Of a DNA stretch of 64,000 nucleotides, positions 49,301 through 62,604 are shown piece after piece (the stretch's first letter is position 1; each line of letters begins with the position of its first letter). Position numbers and translations under genes: made by a program. The notes below the pieces were generated by a model. The model ran no database searches. It was given only the letters and a program-made list of their open reading frames with translations, and was not told where the DNA came from. Location of the stretch: the NCBI GenBank assembly GCA_021613535.1, contig CP075495.1, positions 14,074,001-14,138,000 of the forward strand. Reading direction: 5' to 3'. The stretch comes from Adineta vaga. Lineage: Eukaryota; Animalia; Rotifera.

Positions 49301-51096
49301 ATATGAATAAATGATATGAAAATACTACATTAACTATTCTCTAGCTACATCAATGTCATTTACACGAGATATGAGTCGTCCAGGTTCAGGAGGTGGAAAA
49401 AAGAGAATTATTTTATCGAGAACACCTCGACGAAAGAAACGTGATGATATGCCTCTTATTCGTCTATCATCATTCGGTTTGTTCTTCTTTGCACGGAGTT
49501 TTCGATTTGAATCCTACTGAGCATGTCTAGAACTTCTTCGCATGAAATCTTCATTAAGATATTTCTTTTCTTTTTCACTTTTAAAAATAAATTCTCATGA
49601 TTTTATGTATTTAGATGAATCTAAAACATTATTTCCGTATGAAACACGTGCACCGGGTACGGAAAAAGTTCGATTTGATACAGAGGCACTTGAACAAATG
49701 AAAGATCGAGATGGTACGACAGGTGTATCAGGTGCGACGAGTGACGGACGATCAGGTGGTAGTCGAACAACAAATACATATCGTGTACGACGACAACAAT
49801 CAAGTGACAGCAGTCTAAATACATCACCACGAAAGAAAACAGAAAAAATTCGTGTCAAAGAAGCTTTGGATATTCTCGAAACGTATCGTGCTCGATATAG
49901 AATTCGCTCAGGCGGTAAGATAAGAATTTTATGTCAATTAAATCATTGTTCTTTTCTATATATGTAGCTGAAATATCTGATATTCCAATAAAATGGACAC
50001 GAGATTTAACATTACAACGACCTTCAGCAACGACTGATGATTTATCGACTCCTATTCTAAATGGTAAATCTATTCTTCTTACGATAATTTCATCAAATTT
50101 TTTCGATTAGATGCTCCACGTAGTCAATTATCTGGTCCTTTATCTCGTTCGATCACTGTTTCTGGTGATCGAGCAGTTCAACATTACAATTCTCCAGGTG
50201 ATATGGATGAAGATGAGGATGATGGAGGTGATGATCAATCGGCAACAACTAAAGATTCAGCAACTAAATTACGTACATTTCGTGGTTGGAAACGAGATAC
50301 AACATATTTAGATAGATCTCGATTAACGAAAGGTTTAATGCGAGGCACTGTAAGTTTCTATTTCTTCTTTCTTGATTTTATACATTTCATTTGATTGCCA
50401 TCGAATAGATCACCAGTGAACCGGCAATGGCATATGATGCAACTAAAGAAATGAATGAGATCTTTCGTTTAAACAGGTAAACTAATGGTTTTTGAATTTG
50501 TTCGACAAACAAACATTTATTTTAAACAAATCGTTTTAATTTATATTTTTGTTTTATTTTCTTTACGATTCCAGTTGAATAAGGCAGAGAGATCGAGAGT
50601 AGGTCGATCTTAAACGTTTTATTTTTCTTTTTGTCTCTTATTTTATTTAATCTTTCTCATGATGATCATTATCATCATCTTCTTCTTTTATTGCCATCCT
50701 TACCTAATCGCATGGGGAACGAAATACTTTCATATACCTGCTTTGCATGATGAATATAGAGCATCTTTTTTTTGCAAGGGAATGAATTAGTGGATTTGAT
50801 CAAATCTATTCTTGTCCTTTTCTTCTATTCATTTAAGAATCATTTTTTTTGTTCATATATTTAGACAAACCAATGAACAATCTTCAGATTTTCTTGACAT
50901 ACGTGCTTCCAATAATCAAAATACATTCGCTTCTTTTCTCAATCCAACAACAACTCAACAAATACCTATATCTTCTTCATCTATTCCTATGACAACAATT
51001 CTTACAAATCAAACAGAATCACGTACAAATGTCTGGATATCGCGTTCACCGAATACACCACCCGTAACTGAAGCTGACTATGAATCTCAAGTTTGA
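37353..51096 (+). CDS. UNC80: UNC80, NALCN channelosome subunit; more than 25 exons
   Basis: PIPIQIFLWRQ, SFDRVLVQN, GLSPSLSDAI, LFHTLHY, ATYFDIGILRTLF, FMMESCPPGSLPDP, WRFRYQFWIRLEEGA, LKDLKQILRKEQAE, FFILHRIPFILQM; ends YESQV*, a class I PDZ ligand. Confidence 0.95.
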
Positions 51097-52601
51097 GCTT
51101 GTTCTCAGGTCATTTGTTCTTTCTTTCTCTTTTTCTTCCTCAACATAGACACAAATTCAAACACATTGTATTCTCTTTTTGCATATTTTTTCGTCTTCTT
51201 TTTCTCCTTGTGGCTTTTAAAATTCAAAAACTCGACTAGATCATTGACTTTCATATTTTGCTAGATAACAAAAACAGGCAGTGCATTTCTTTTTTTTCTT
51301 TCTCCAGCTTTATCTCTCTATGTTTCTTTTCTTCTTCTTTTTTTCTACAATAATAAATAATCAGTATACATATATGATGATTAATGTTGGTCAATTGAAC
51401 TTTTGTACAATATACGTATATATATATCATCACTCTTCTTTGAAGCAAAGAAAAAAAGTTATTCACAAGAGAATAATATCAAAGAAAGGTTATATGATTT
51501 CATTTTCATGCTAACAACAAATGAATGAACTTCAATGCATTCCTTCGTTCTCGTAACATTAGTTTTATGATGTAATAATAACAAAGAAGAAGGAGAAGAA
51601 AGTATCAACGAAAGGAAATTCTTTGAACATACTGTATACATTTAGATTATTTCATTTCCGGTTTTTCTTCTTTTATGGTTACTACGAGTATTCTTTATAC
51701 GATTTCATAAAATTACATAAACTTGTTATTGGAAGCGACTTATTAATAACATATGAGAATGAAAGTCGTTAGAGTTATAGTATAACTATATAATATCGAT
51801 TTCATGTGATAGTGTTATCTAACTGATTGATAGATGAAGAGTTAGAATAAGTATCAACATACAGATTAACGATGAATGTTTTCCCTACATCGATTAAGAA
51901 TTATCCAAGAATGGCATAATCGAGATTTACAACATAAACTCGTGAGTTAAGTTATATTGATCGATAAATAGATCAAAATTCAGCAAATATTATTGAAGTT
52001 ATATAGTATATCGTAATATCTTTTTGGTAATCAGCACCATTTGTACAAACATTTCTTGACATCATGATTAATCATGTACTTTTATATTTGATCTTCGACG
52101 AGAATTCAATAATAATCAAAAGATCAAAACTGAACTAACAGAATTACGATGAGATATTTAAGTTTAAAATAACAATCCTAATTATATGCACTTAGAAATT
52201 TCAGCTGAGATAATTTATGGATGAATACTTAATGCATTAGTCTGACTAATGGTGTGCACAATCAAACATAAGAAAAGGCTCTAACCATGAATAGACATCT
52301 GTTAATGCCACCGTGTGAGAGAGACGGTAGTATATATACCGTGTTTACTAACCACTCGTGTTTCCGGTCTGTCTTTTTTTCTATCCGTTTGACCTCTTGA
52401 AAGCAAGAACGACATATATACATATACATAGACAGAAGAGACAGACACATAAGAGAAAAAAAGAGACACAGCAAGAAAGCAGAATATATTTGCTAAGCTT
52501 TTTTTTTTGTATCGATCATTTGCTTCTCTTCTTCCTCTTCTCATATATATATTTGTCCTTTTCTATTTGTCTTATATTATCAAAGAAGTAAGAATAAACC
52601 G

Positions 52602-54221
52602 ATGAATTCGTCATCACACGATCCTCATTCATCACCAAGTTTAACAAACATGTCCGAAACCATATTAGAAAGTACTTCAAATCAAGCAGTAATCACAACA
52701 AATGATATTGATATACATGATGACGATAAGCATTTCTCTTCAGGTAAATTATATATTCTTTTGAATATTTCCATCTTGACATCTTTTTTTTGTAAAATTT
52801 AGATCCAGATGAGAATATTCCATTTGAATCATCTCCATCCAATTCAACGAAAAAACAGAAATCTTTACTTTCAGTTTATGACAATTCCAATGAAGGTGAG
52901 CCGCAGAAACAGCAACAACAACAACAACTTCATATCACTAATAATTCTTTACCATTTGTTGGTATTCTCGGTTGTAATCATCGTTCTGCAGCATTTACAA
53001 AACGTCTCTCGTTATCTGGTTTCCCTAAACCAATCGTATGTGATATTAATTCCAATAATGATCACTCAAATTATGTTTCTTATCAAACATTCTTTCAACA
53101 ATCTCCATCAATAGTTTTAATAACAGATAATCTATCAACAAATTTCGATTATTTATTCAATCAAATCAAACCTCAACTTATCATTGATACACGTGAAGTC
53201 ATTTCGAATTATTTTTCTCATCAAAATTCTCAATATCTTCTTCCTATTCCTGATGCCTATCGAGCATTTGGAAATTTATCAAACTGGGAAATTGAAAATG
53301 GTACTGAACGTGTTCCTGTTGCTATTGAACAATCATCACCGTTAGAATTGATCAAATTTATTTCTAAACTCAATTGTTTTTCTCGTGGAATATCTTTTAT
53401 TGATTCCTATTCTTATAATAACATACAAATGAAATCATTTCGAAATTGTTTATTTCCATTAGTAACAACTATGATTATTTTTACATTAAGTTTTCTTTTC
53501 ACAATGATCGGATATAATCATCAAAAGAATTATACTCGAGAACAATTTATCTATCGTCATGCAAGTTCAATAACAGCCGCAACAAGTTTTACATTACTTT
53601 CTGTGTTATTTTTATTAGAACCTTTATCAGAAATAATGAAAATGATTGATTCATTGATTTTTAAAAAAAGTAAGAAGAATTTTTCGTTTTAGCAATGATA
53701 GTTTATTGGATTCTTTAGAAAACACTGCACCACGTTGGAGATTTCTTCATCGATGGTTACAATCTCGACGATATCTAGCTTGGTATTCATTAGGATTTGG
53801 TTTCTTACATTTGATATTTTTATTTATTGCAAAGAATGATTTTAGTCAAAGGATTTTCCTCTTCTTTCCTGTCCTTTTTGGTTTATTTACTTTAGTTCTT
53901 TTATGTATTTTATCATTTGTTTATTTTCCATGGATAAGTGAGAGACTTCTATGGCGTGAATATTATGTTCTAACATCATATCTTGGCCCATGTTGTCTTG
54001 TCATTGCATTTATACACGTTTTTATTCGATGGAAATATGGTTATCAATATTTGCATCAAACAGATTTACTTCATTTAAGATTCTTTTCATTGATTTTACC
54101 ATTTTTCGTCTTGATATTACGATTTACTCTATATGGAATCATGCATCCTCTTATGAACTGGATCGAAAATCGACAAGAAAGAAATAAAACAACAGTAACA
54201 GATACATCTCTTTCACCGTAA
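52602..54221 (+). CDS. STEAP-family metalloreductase-like protein with a degenerate N-terminal oxidoreductase domain; 3 exons
   Basis: VGILG...FTKRL..SGF, LIIDT, RAFGNLSNW (relic of the Rossmann-like domain); WLQSRRYLAWYSLGFGFLH and LLWREYYVLTSYLG...FIH (ferric-reductase TM domain with both heme histidines). Confidence 0.8.
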
Positions 54222-56318
54222 CCTCTCATTACAATGTCTTCTATTGTTTTTCTTCTTCTCCTTTCTTAGTTTATATCTGTATTTGTTTGTGTGTACGTGT
54301 GATATGTTGTAGAAATAATTACTAAAAGAAAATAGAAACAAAAAAAATAGAAGATAATAGTTTTCGAATATACAATAGAAACGATCGACAGATGGCTAAT
54401 CATCGATGTAAGAGGCAGATGTTACGTGTCACAAAAACTTAAAGACAAAATAGTCAATGACAAGACAAAGTTCTTGAAGAGATAATATCCTTAACGTCAC
54501 GAAGAGAAGAAGAAGATTATGATTTTTGTTTTATGGTAATTAACAGAATCGAATGAGATTCTTCTGTTCGACTTCAAAAATGATTTGTATCAAAGATCGA
54601 AATAGTAGTTCTGATTTATTATTAGAAATATAATGATATGATTATCATTGAGATAACAAATAAATAACGTTTATAGAGAAAAAAAAGAACTTTTGATTAA
54701 TAGGAATGAGAAGCCACGAAACAACAAAGATTCTATTTACTCAATTACAATATAAACAAAAGAGTTTTTTGTATTTCATTTACTCTATTGACTAAATAAA
54801 CAATTCATGCTATGGAATCCTTAAAATTATTTTCATGATATTAGATCAAAATGGATCATGCATCATCCAATTTAACCTTCATGTCTTTGAATAGAAGGAA
54901 AATTTTAATGATATATTCTTATTTCACTAAATTGGTAATAGGTACAAAGTCTTTGTATGATTTACATTCCTTTTTTTTAATATCTGTCTTTATACAATCA
55001 CATGTATCAATGAAACATGATTTAACACGTTCTTTCTATTTACTAACGACTTAACAATACGATGGTATAACTTAAACAACTAACTCTTTGTAAATATAAT
55101 TGGTCTTGCAAGAAAAAAACATGAACAATGACATCATTATTCAATGTGTAGAAAGTCAAAGAGTCGATACAAAAAAACTTTTATGATCTAATTATTTGTA
55201 ATTCATGAAATATTTCATTAAAAACTGCTCGATTGATATTTATCAGGAAAAACAGGACCAATACAGACAAATTTCGAGATTATGTTGATCATTACACGTT
55301 CCTTACAGTGACACTCTTTTATCATGTTCTGTTCTATATTAATAGATACTATTATAAAGCTTTATGGGCTGTATAAGGTTACAAAGTCTAGAATTGTTGA
55401 CGGAATATATAATTGTTTTTTTGGAAATCGTACAGAAATAACAGAATAACAAAAATCTTGTTAATACCCATTTTATATCGTTTACCAGATATTAATTGAC
55501 AAAAATTATCATTTACTAATTTCATCGAATAAATGATAAACTATCGAATCTCTAGTTTCAGAAAGAAAGAAAGCAGCACAACTATTCAAAACGGAATTTG
55601 AGTTATCTCTATTGTGAAGAAGTGAATTATTTTACATGTATTTCTAATTCTAAATCCTTGCTTGCCTGAGCATGTAATAAAAAAATAACTATTGGCTATC
55701 ATTTCAACAGTTCCTATAGCGACTCTTTAATTGTAAGCATTTACGAAGTGCATAAGTATGTTAAATTCAATTGATTGCCAACATTTTATTTGTCTGTCGT
55801 TTAATAAACGACAAAAAAAATACTTCTTCCAATTTATTTTCTTTGATTCATAAAAGAAAATCTTATTCAAAATATTTTACTTCTCGACTAGAACATATAT
55901 TCATATTTATTTATAAGAATAAAGACGATGAAGAAGAGAAAAGAAAATCGAGGGATAAAAGGATTCGTCGTTTCTTCGTTCATCATCCATCTATCTTACC
56001 CTTTCTCCTTCTCATCATATTTAACCAGTCATCTTTAATTCTTTTGCTTTCGTTCGTAAACAATTGACAAATAAAGCTACACACATATATATATAGATAT
56101 ATCTATACATATATGTATACATATCTATCTATTTACCTCGTCGGACTAGAATAGTCGATTTCGAGTGTTCGTCCGTTATGATTTCTTTGTTGTTTTCGAC
56201 GCATAGATATATTCACATACGAAACCATATTTACCAATGTCATCTAGATTTTCTTTTACATTTTAACTGTAAACTTCTATTTTAGAACGACTATATCAGA
56301 AAAAAAAACTCGTTAATC

Positions 56319-57853
56319 ATGACCAACAGTGACGAAATGACTGTAACAACAAAATCAACAACAATTATCAATACCAGTTCTGGATCAACTCTTTCAAATA
56401 CCAAAGCACTTCTTGATGATCCAAACTGGAAAGAAAAATTGAAATTACCACCTAAAGATAACCGACCAAGAACATCCGATGTTACCAATACGAAAGGACA
56501 CAGTTTCGAAGATTATTGTCTTAAACGAGAATTACTTATGGGTAAATGCAAAAAAAAACCGATTTTGGCCTCATATGGAAATAATTCTTTCTTTTTCTTT
56601 AGGTATCTATGAAAAAGGCTGGGAAAAACCATCACCCGTTCAAGAACAATCTATTCCAATTGCTTTAACCGGTCGTGACGTACTTGCGCGCGCAAAAAAT
56701 GGTACAGGTAAAACAGGTGCTTATACCATTCCAATCATCGAACGAATTGATCCAACCAAAAATGCTGTTCAAGCAATTATCTTGGTTCCAACACGTGAAT
56801 TAGCTTTACAAACAAGTGCCATATGTATGGAATTATCGAAACATATTCAACTTCGAGTAATGGTAACAACAGGTGGTACATCATTACGTGAAGATATTAC
56901 CCGTTTACAAGAAGTTGTTCATATTATCATTGCAACACCTGGTCGTTTATTAGATTTAGTTAATAAAAATTTAGCTAAAATTGATGCATGCCGTGTGATT
57001 GTTTTGGATGAAGCTGATAAATTACTTTCACAAGATTACAATCATCTTTTGGATGAATTATTATATGCTATGCCAAATGATCGACAAGTGATGCTTTTTT
57101 CAGCAACATTTCCCGTCACAGTCGATGACTTTACCAAAAAACATATGAAACAATCATATGAAATTAACTTAATGGACGAATTAACACTCAAAGGTATTAC
57201 ACAATACTATGCTTTCGTTCAAGAACGACAAAAAATTCATTGTTTAAATACACTTTTTTCCAAGGTAAATTTATTTCAAATGATTCTACATTTTAATTCT
57301 ATGCATCTTTTTTTCTAGTTACAAATCAACCAATCAATTATTTTCTGTAATTCAACACAACGTGTTGAACTTTTAGCAAAAAAAATAACTGAATTAGGTT
57401 ACAATTGTTATTATATTCATTCAAAAATGCGTCAAGAACATCGTAATCGTGTCTTTCATGATTTTCGTACTGGTCTTTGTCGTAATCTTGTTTGTTCGGA
57501 TTTATTTACACGTGGTATTGATATTCAAGCTGTGAATGTTGTGATTAACTTCGATTTTCCTCGTTTCAGTGAAACATATCTGTAAGATATGAAAACAATT
57601 TAATTCCATTTAAAAATAATGGCGTGTTTTTTTTTCTTCTAGTCACCGTATTGGTCGTTCAGGTCGTTTTGGTCATTTAGGTCTTGCAATAAGTTTAATT
57701 ACTCACGATGATCGATTTGCTGTACACAAAATTGAACAAGAATTAGGTACAGAAATTCAACCAATTCCTCGCCATATTGAAGAAGATTTATATGTGGCTA
57801 AAGCACTTGCTCTTGAACATTCAACTGATGAACAACAACCCACAGATAAATGA
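56319..57853 (+). CDS. DDX6: DEAD-box helicase DDX6/Me31B/Dhh1, tandem copy 1 (4 coding exons)
   Basis: [83 protein letters not shown]. Confidence 0.96.
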
Positions 57854-58351
57854 ACAGTCAGATCTTTTTTCTTCTTACTTCTTCTTCTGTGTGTGTGTAT
57901 GTTTTACTAGTCAAACAAAACAAAAACCTATCAAATTAAGATCAGATATGATTTTCTACATAATTTTATCATTCGTTTCTTCTTTTTTTTCTTGCATATC
58001 ATTGTGATTACAAACGCTTTTATTTTATTGTATTGTTCGATGATGGATTAAAAAAAATTAAAACAACAACAACGATAAGACAAACCGTTTAGATTCTCTA
58101 AATGTTTTATTGCTATTTTTGCTTCTTTTCCTTCTTTTGTCTTTTTATAAAAAAAAACATACAAACCAACATGAAATGATTTTATTCTTTAGATATAAAA
58201 AGAAAACAAAAGAATTTCGATTTGACATTCGATATTTAATCTATCTATTTCAAACTTATTGCATTTTTTCATTGAATATTTTGAGAAAATATATTCGTTT
58301 GAAGTGTACATATAGTATTTTTTATTCTTCTCCGTTTCCTCCAATTCAATT

Positions 58352-59930
58352 ATGATTGGTGCCCCATCAGCAGGAGGCAAAGCCTCATCTTCTTTACCAT
58401 TTTCTGCTAACAATTTCCCCGGAAATCCAACAACAAAAAGTGACGGTAATGAAAACAATAAAATGAATAATGGCAATGCATCATCATCAACAATTAGTAA
58501 AGATGATCCCGATTGGAAATCAAAATTAAATATACCCGAAAAAGATCGTCGAGCAAGAACATCCGATGTTACTAATACAAGTGGCCATGATTTTGAAGAT
58601 TATTGTCTTAAACGAGAATTACTTATGGGTATGATTTTTGAACTAGACTTGTTTTATGTATCTTCGATTCGATTCTTTTAGGTATCTATGAAAAAGGCTG
58701 GGAAAAACCATCACCTATTCAAGAACATTCAATTCCAATTGCTTTAACCGGTCGTGATGTACTTGCGCGTGCAAAAAATGGTACAGGTAAAACAGGTGCT
58801 TATACCATTCCAATCGTCGAACGAATTGATCCAACCAAAAATGCCATTCAAGCAATTGTCCTAGTCCCAACACGTGAATTAGCCTTACAAACAAGTGCGA
58901 TATGTATGGAATTATCGAAACATATTCATCTTCGTGTGATGGTGACCACAGGTGGTACATCATTGCGTGAAGATATTTCGCGTTTACAAGAAGTTGTTCA
59001 TATTGTCATTGCAACACCTGGTCGTTTATTAGATTTAGTTAAGAAAGATTTAGCAAAACTTGATTCATGTCGTGTGATTGTTTTGGATGAAGCTGATAAA
59101 TTACTTTCACAAGATTTTAATCATTTATTAGATGATGTTATTATACATTTACCGCAAGATCGACAAATAATGTTGTACTCAGCAACATTTCCATTAACAG
59201 TCGATGATTTCATTAAAAAACATATGAGAAATCCTTATGAAATCAATCTAATGGAAGAACTTACTCTTAAAGGTATTACACAATATTATGCATTTGTGCA
59301 AGAACGTCAAAAGGTCCATTGTTTAAATACATTATTTTCTAAAGTAAAAGAACGTTGTCATGTTTTTAAAGAAAATTTATATCATCTCTATTGATTTCTA
59401 GTTACAAATTAATCAATCAATTATTTTCTGTAATTCGACACAACGTGTTGAGCTTTTAGCAAAAAAAATTACTGATCTTGGTTATTCATGTTATTATATT
59501 CATTCAAAAATGCGTCAAGATCACCGCAATCGTGTCTTTCATGATTTTCGTACAGGTCTTTGTCGTAATCTTGTTTGTTCGGATTTATTTACACGTGGTA
59601 TTGACATACAAGCTGTGAATGTTGTGATTAATTTTGATTTTCCAAAATTAAGTGAAACTTATTTGTAAGTATAAACAAAAACAAAACCATCTTTCATGAT
59701 TTTCCTATTTTTTACATAGACATCGTATTGGTCGTTCAGGTCGTTTTGGTCATTATGGTATAGCTATAAGTCTTATAACTTATGAGGATCGTTTTTCATT
59801 ACATAAAATTGAACAAGAATTAGGTACGGAAATTCAACCCATTCCGAAACAAATTGATCCCACGCTATATGTTGCTGAATTTCAAGCGACTGGAGATAAT
59901 TCTGGTGATAAGCAACAAGAAAATTCTTAA
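58352..59930 (+). CDS. DDX6: DEAD-box helicase DDX6/Me31B/Dhh1, tandem copy 2 (4 coding exons)
   Basis: Same motifs and intron positions as copy 1, with the canonical ending [10 protein letters not shown]. Confidence 0.96.
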
Positions 59931-61097
59931 ATCATCAAAAACAAAAAAAGACAAATAAAATCACAACAAAGAACATAGTCGATGTTGTACAGTTTTTTTT
60001 CTCTCCTAAATTTGTTTTGTTTCTTCTTTTTCTTCTTCTTCTTCTTCTTCTTCCGGTTCATAAATTGCATCTGTCATTACCAGCAAAAGAAAACTCCCTA
60101 ATATAAAACTTTTTTTGGTTATCAACTTTTCCTGACTCTTTTCTTTTCTTTTCCTTAACTTCAAATCTTTTATTTCGATGTTTTGGTTCGTTTTCTCTTC
60201 TTCTTCTCCTCCTCCTCCGTTGTCTTGTATCTTGTTTATTTGTTCTATCTATACATTTTCTTTCTCTCCTACATTTTCTCACAGCTGTTATTCGACATTG
60301 GCGTAGATTTGTGAGATTATCATTTGGTTCAAACAATACTATTGTAATTGTTTTCTTTGTATCTCTCTCTCTCTCTCTCTTTCATCCTTCATTTTCTTTA
60401 TCTGCAGTACTTTTCATTGCGATCTCATCTCCATTTGCCAAAAGCAAAACTGATTTCTCTTCTTCCCTTCTGTTTTGTGTCATCGTCAATCATTCGGCGA
60501 CTTCTGTTTTTCGTGTTTTTTCTTTTGTTTCGTATTGTCCTTTCATGCAGTCTGTATTTGTATGTTCCAGTCTTGATTGTTTTCGTGTTCTATGTATGTT
60601 TTCTCTCTGCACGCAAGTGAACATGTGTGTGTATATTCTAATCGGATGAGACAAAAAACGACGTTTTTTTTGAATTCCCGTTATTTCATATGAAACTTGA
60701 AAACAAGAAGAATTTCTCCATTTTTTGTTTGTCACTGCGTGCATGTGTTTTTAAGTTCGAGTATCTCTAAGAGGCGCACACATATGTCTATGTATCAGAT
60801 GTATTTTCTCTTTCTCTCACTGTTTTTGATACTTCCATGTGAATGTTTATGAATCTTGTATGGTTTTTGATGTTTGCGATGAGAGAAGATTGTTTCACAA
60901 CAACATGAAAAAATACTTTTTTTTTAATAATTTGTATCAGTAACAGCAGAAAAACAATGAATTTAAACAACAACAAAAAAAAAGAAACATCAATAAATAT
61001 AAATAAACATCTATATTAAAGATGATAACATCATGAATAAATTGCCTTTTTCTTTCATTTTTGCTTGATGATCTTTTTATTCTTTACTTTTTAGAGT

Positions 61098-62604
61098 ATG
61101 ACTGCCAAACCATTGTTCAATATTAGTATGTTATGCCGTATGATTATAGTTGAATAAGATTTCTATCGCATGTTTTCTAGACGAACCGGTATTTGCCTTG
61201 CATCAAGGAAAATCCTACAAGGCAAAAGTTAGTATTCATCTTGTTCCTTTCCGTAAGAATATTTTCAATCGATTTAGATTCTCGAATCGAAACTCGATGA
61301 AGAAACAAATGAATGGCAATATTTTATTCATTATGACGGATGGAATAAAAAGTATTTGTACTCTTTAAAATTATTTTCTTTAAAAAAATCGATGGTATTT
61401 CTTTTATCTAGATGGGATACATGGGCACAAGCTGATGTTTTACAAAAACGAACCGATAAAACTGAAGAATTATTCAATAAAATGAACGCATCAATGTAAG
61501 GAATAAATATACTTATTAATTGATTTATTATTTTATTGTTATCAAGAAAAAAGAATGATTCACGCAAATCCAGTGGAAATAAATCGAATAATAAACGTTC
61601 AACTATCATTCCAAATGATATTACATCTCAAATTCAAATGAGTACAGCTGATGATAGTCATGATTCAAATTCCACAAGTACAACTTCAAGTAAATAAAAT
61701 TAATTTATCTTGATTTGATTGAAAAGTTTATTTCTTTACAGAGGAAAATAATAAACGAACGAGAAAACGACAACGTACTGATTCAGTTGAAAAATTGAAA
61801 ACATTTGAAAATAAAGTTGTGATTGAAATCAATTTACCTGATGAAATCAAAAATTGTCTTTCACATGATTGGAATTTAATTAATAATGAACATAAAGTAA
61901 GAAAAAAAACTCTTCTTTTATCAATTGAAAACTGATCCATTTTTAAAAATTTCAGCTTTTAACCATACCTTGTCAACCTACAGTTGAAGAAATTACAAAC
62001 TTATATCGTCAATCGAAAACAAATAAACAAAAAGCATTTGAAACGTATATTATCTTCGAAAACAAAACTAAAATCATTCATCTATCCTTCATTTTAGTGA
62101 ACATACCAATCATTTTGCTGATAGTATTATTACTTATTTTGATACAGCTTTATCAACTATGTTATTATATGCAGTTGAAAGATCACAATATAAACAAGTA
62201 AACTCTTTTTTTCTTCGTTTTTCAATGAAATATAAATATTGACGTTAGTTACAAGAGAGTTACGGACTTGGTGATAAAATACAACCATCGACTATGTATG
62301 GTATTGTACATCTTTTACGTCTAATGAGTTAGTAGATACGAAGAAATATTTGAAATTGAAATTTAATGAATTGTTTTCTTAAAGGTCAATTAGGATCAAT
62401 CTTAGCTTATTCACCACTCGAACAAACTGAAGTCGATTTTTTACTTCTTCATATCGATGATTTTAATCGGTAAGATTATTTCATATCTAATCAATAGAAT
62501 TCTATTTGGAGTTATTATTTGTTTGTAGATTCTTGGAAAAAAATATCAAAACTTGGCTTAATGATGATCATTATACAAATAATTCAGTGAATAATACTGA
62601 ATAA
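61098..62604 (+). CDS. MORF4L1: MRG15/Eaf3 (chromo-barrel plus MRG domain), multi-exon
   Basis: YKAK, YFIHYDGWNKRWDTW (chromo-barrel); LPDEIKNCLSHDW, YFDTALSTMLLYAVERSQY, YGIVHLLRL (MRG domain). Confidence 0.88.

Noticed and set aside
50655-50800. Intronic box C/D snoRNA in UNC80 (ATGATGA words)
   Set aside because: There is no downstream CTGA box D at a suitable distance and no terminal stem.
60058-60976. Several 60-110 aa ORFs between DDX6 copy 2 and MRG15
   Set aside because: They are low-complexity translations of CT/T-rich UTR or intron sequence with no domains. A short imperfect inverted pair (about 60608 and 60733) is too weak to call an RNA structure.
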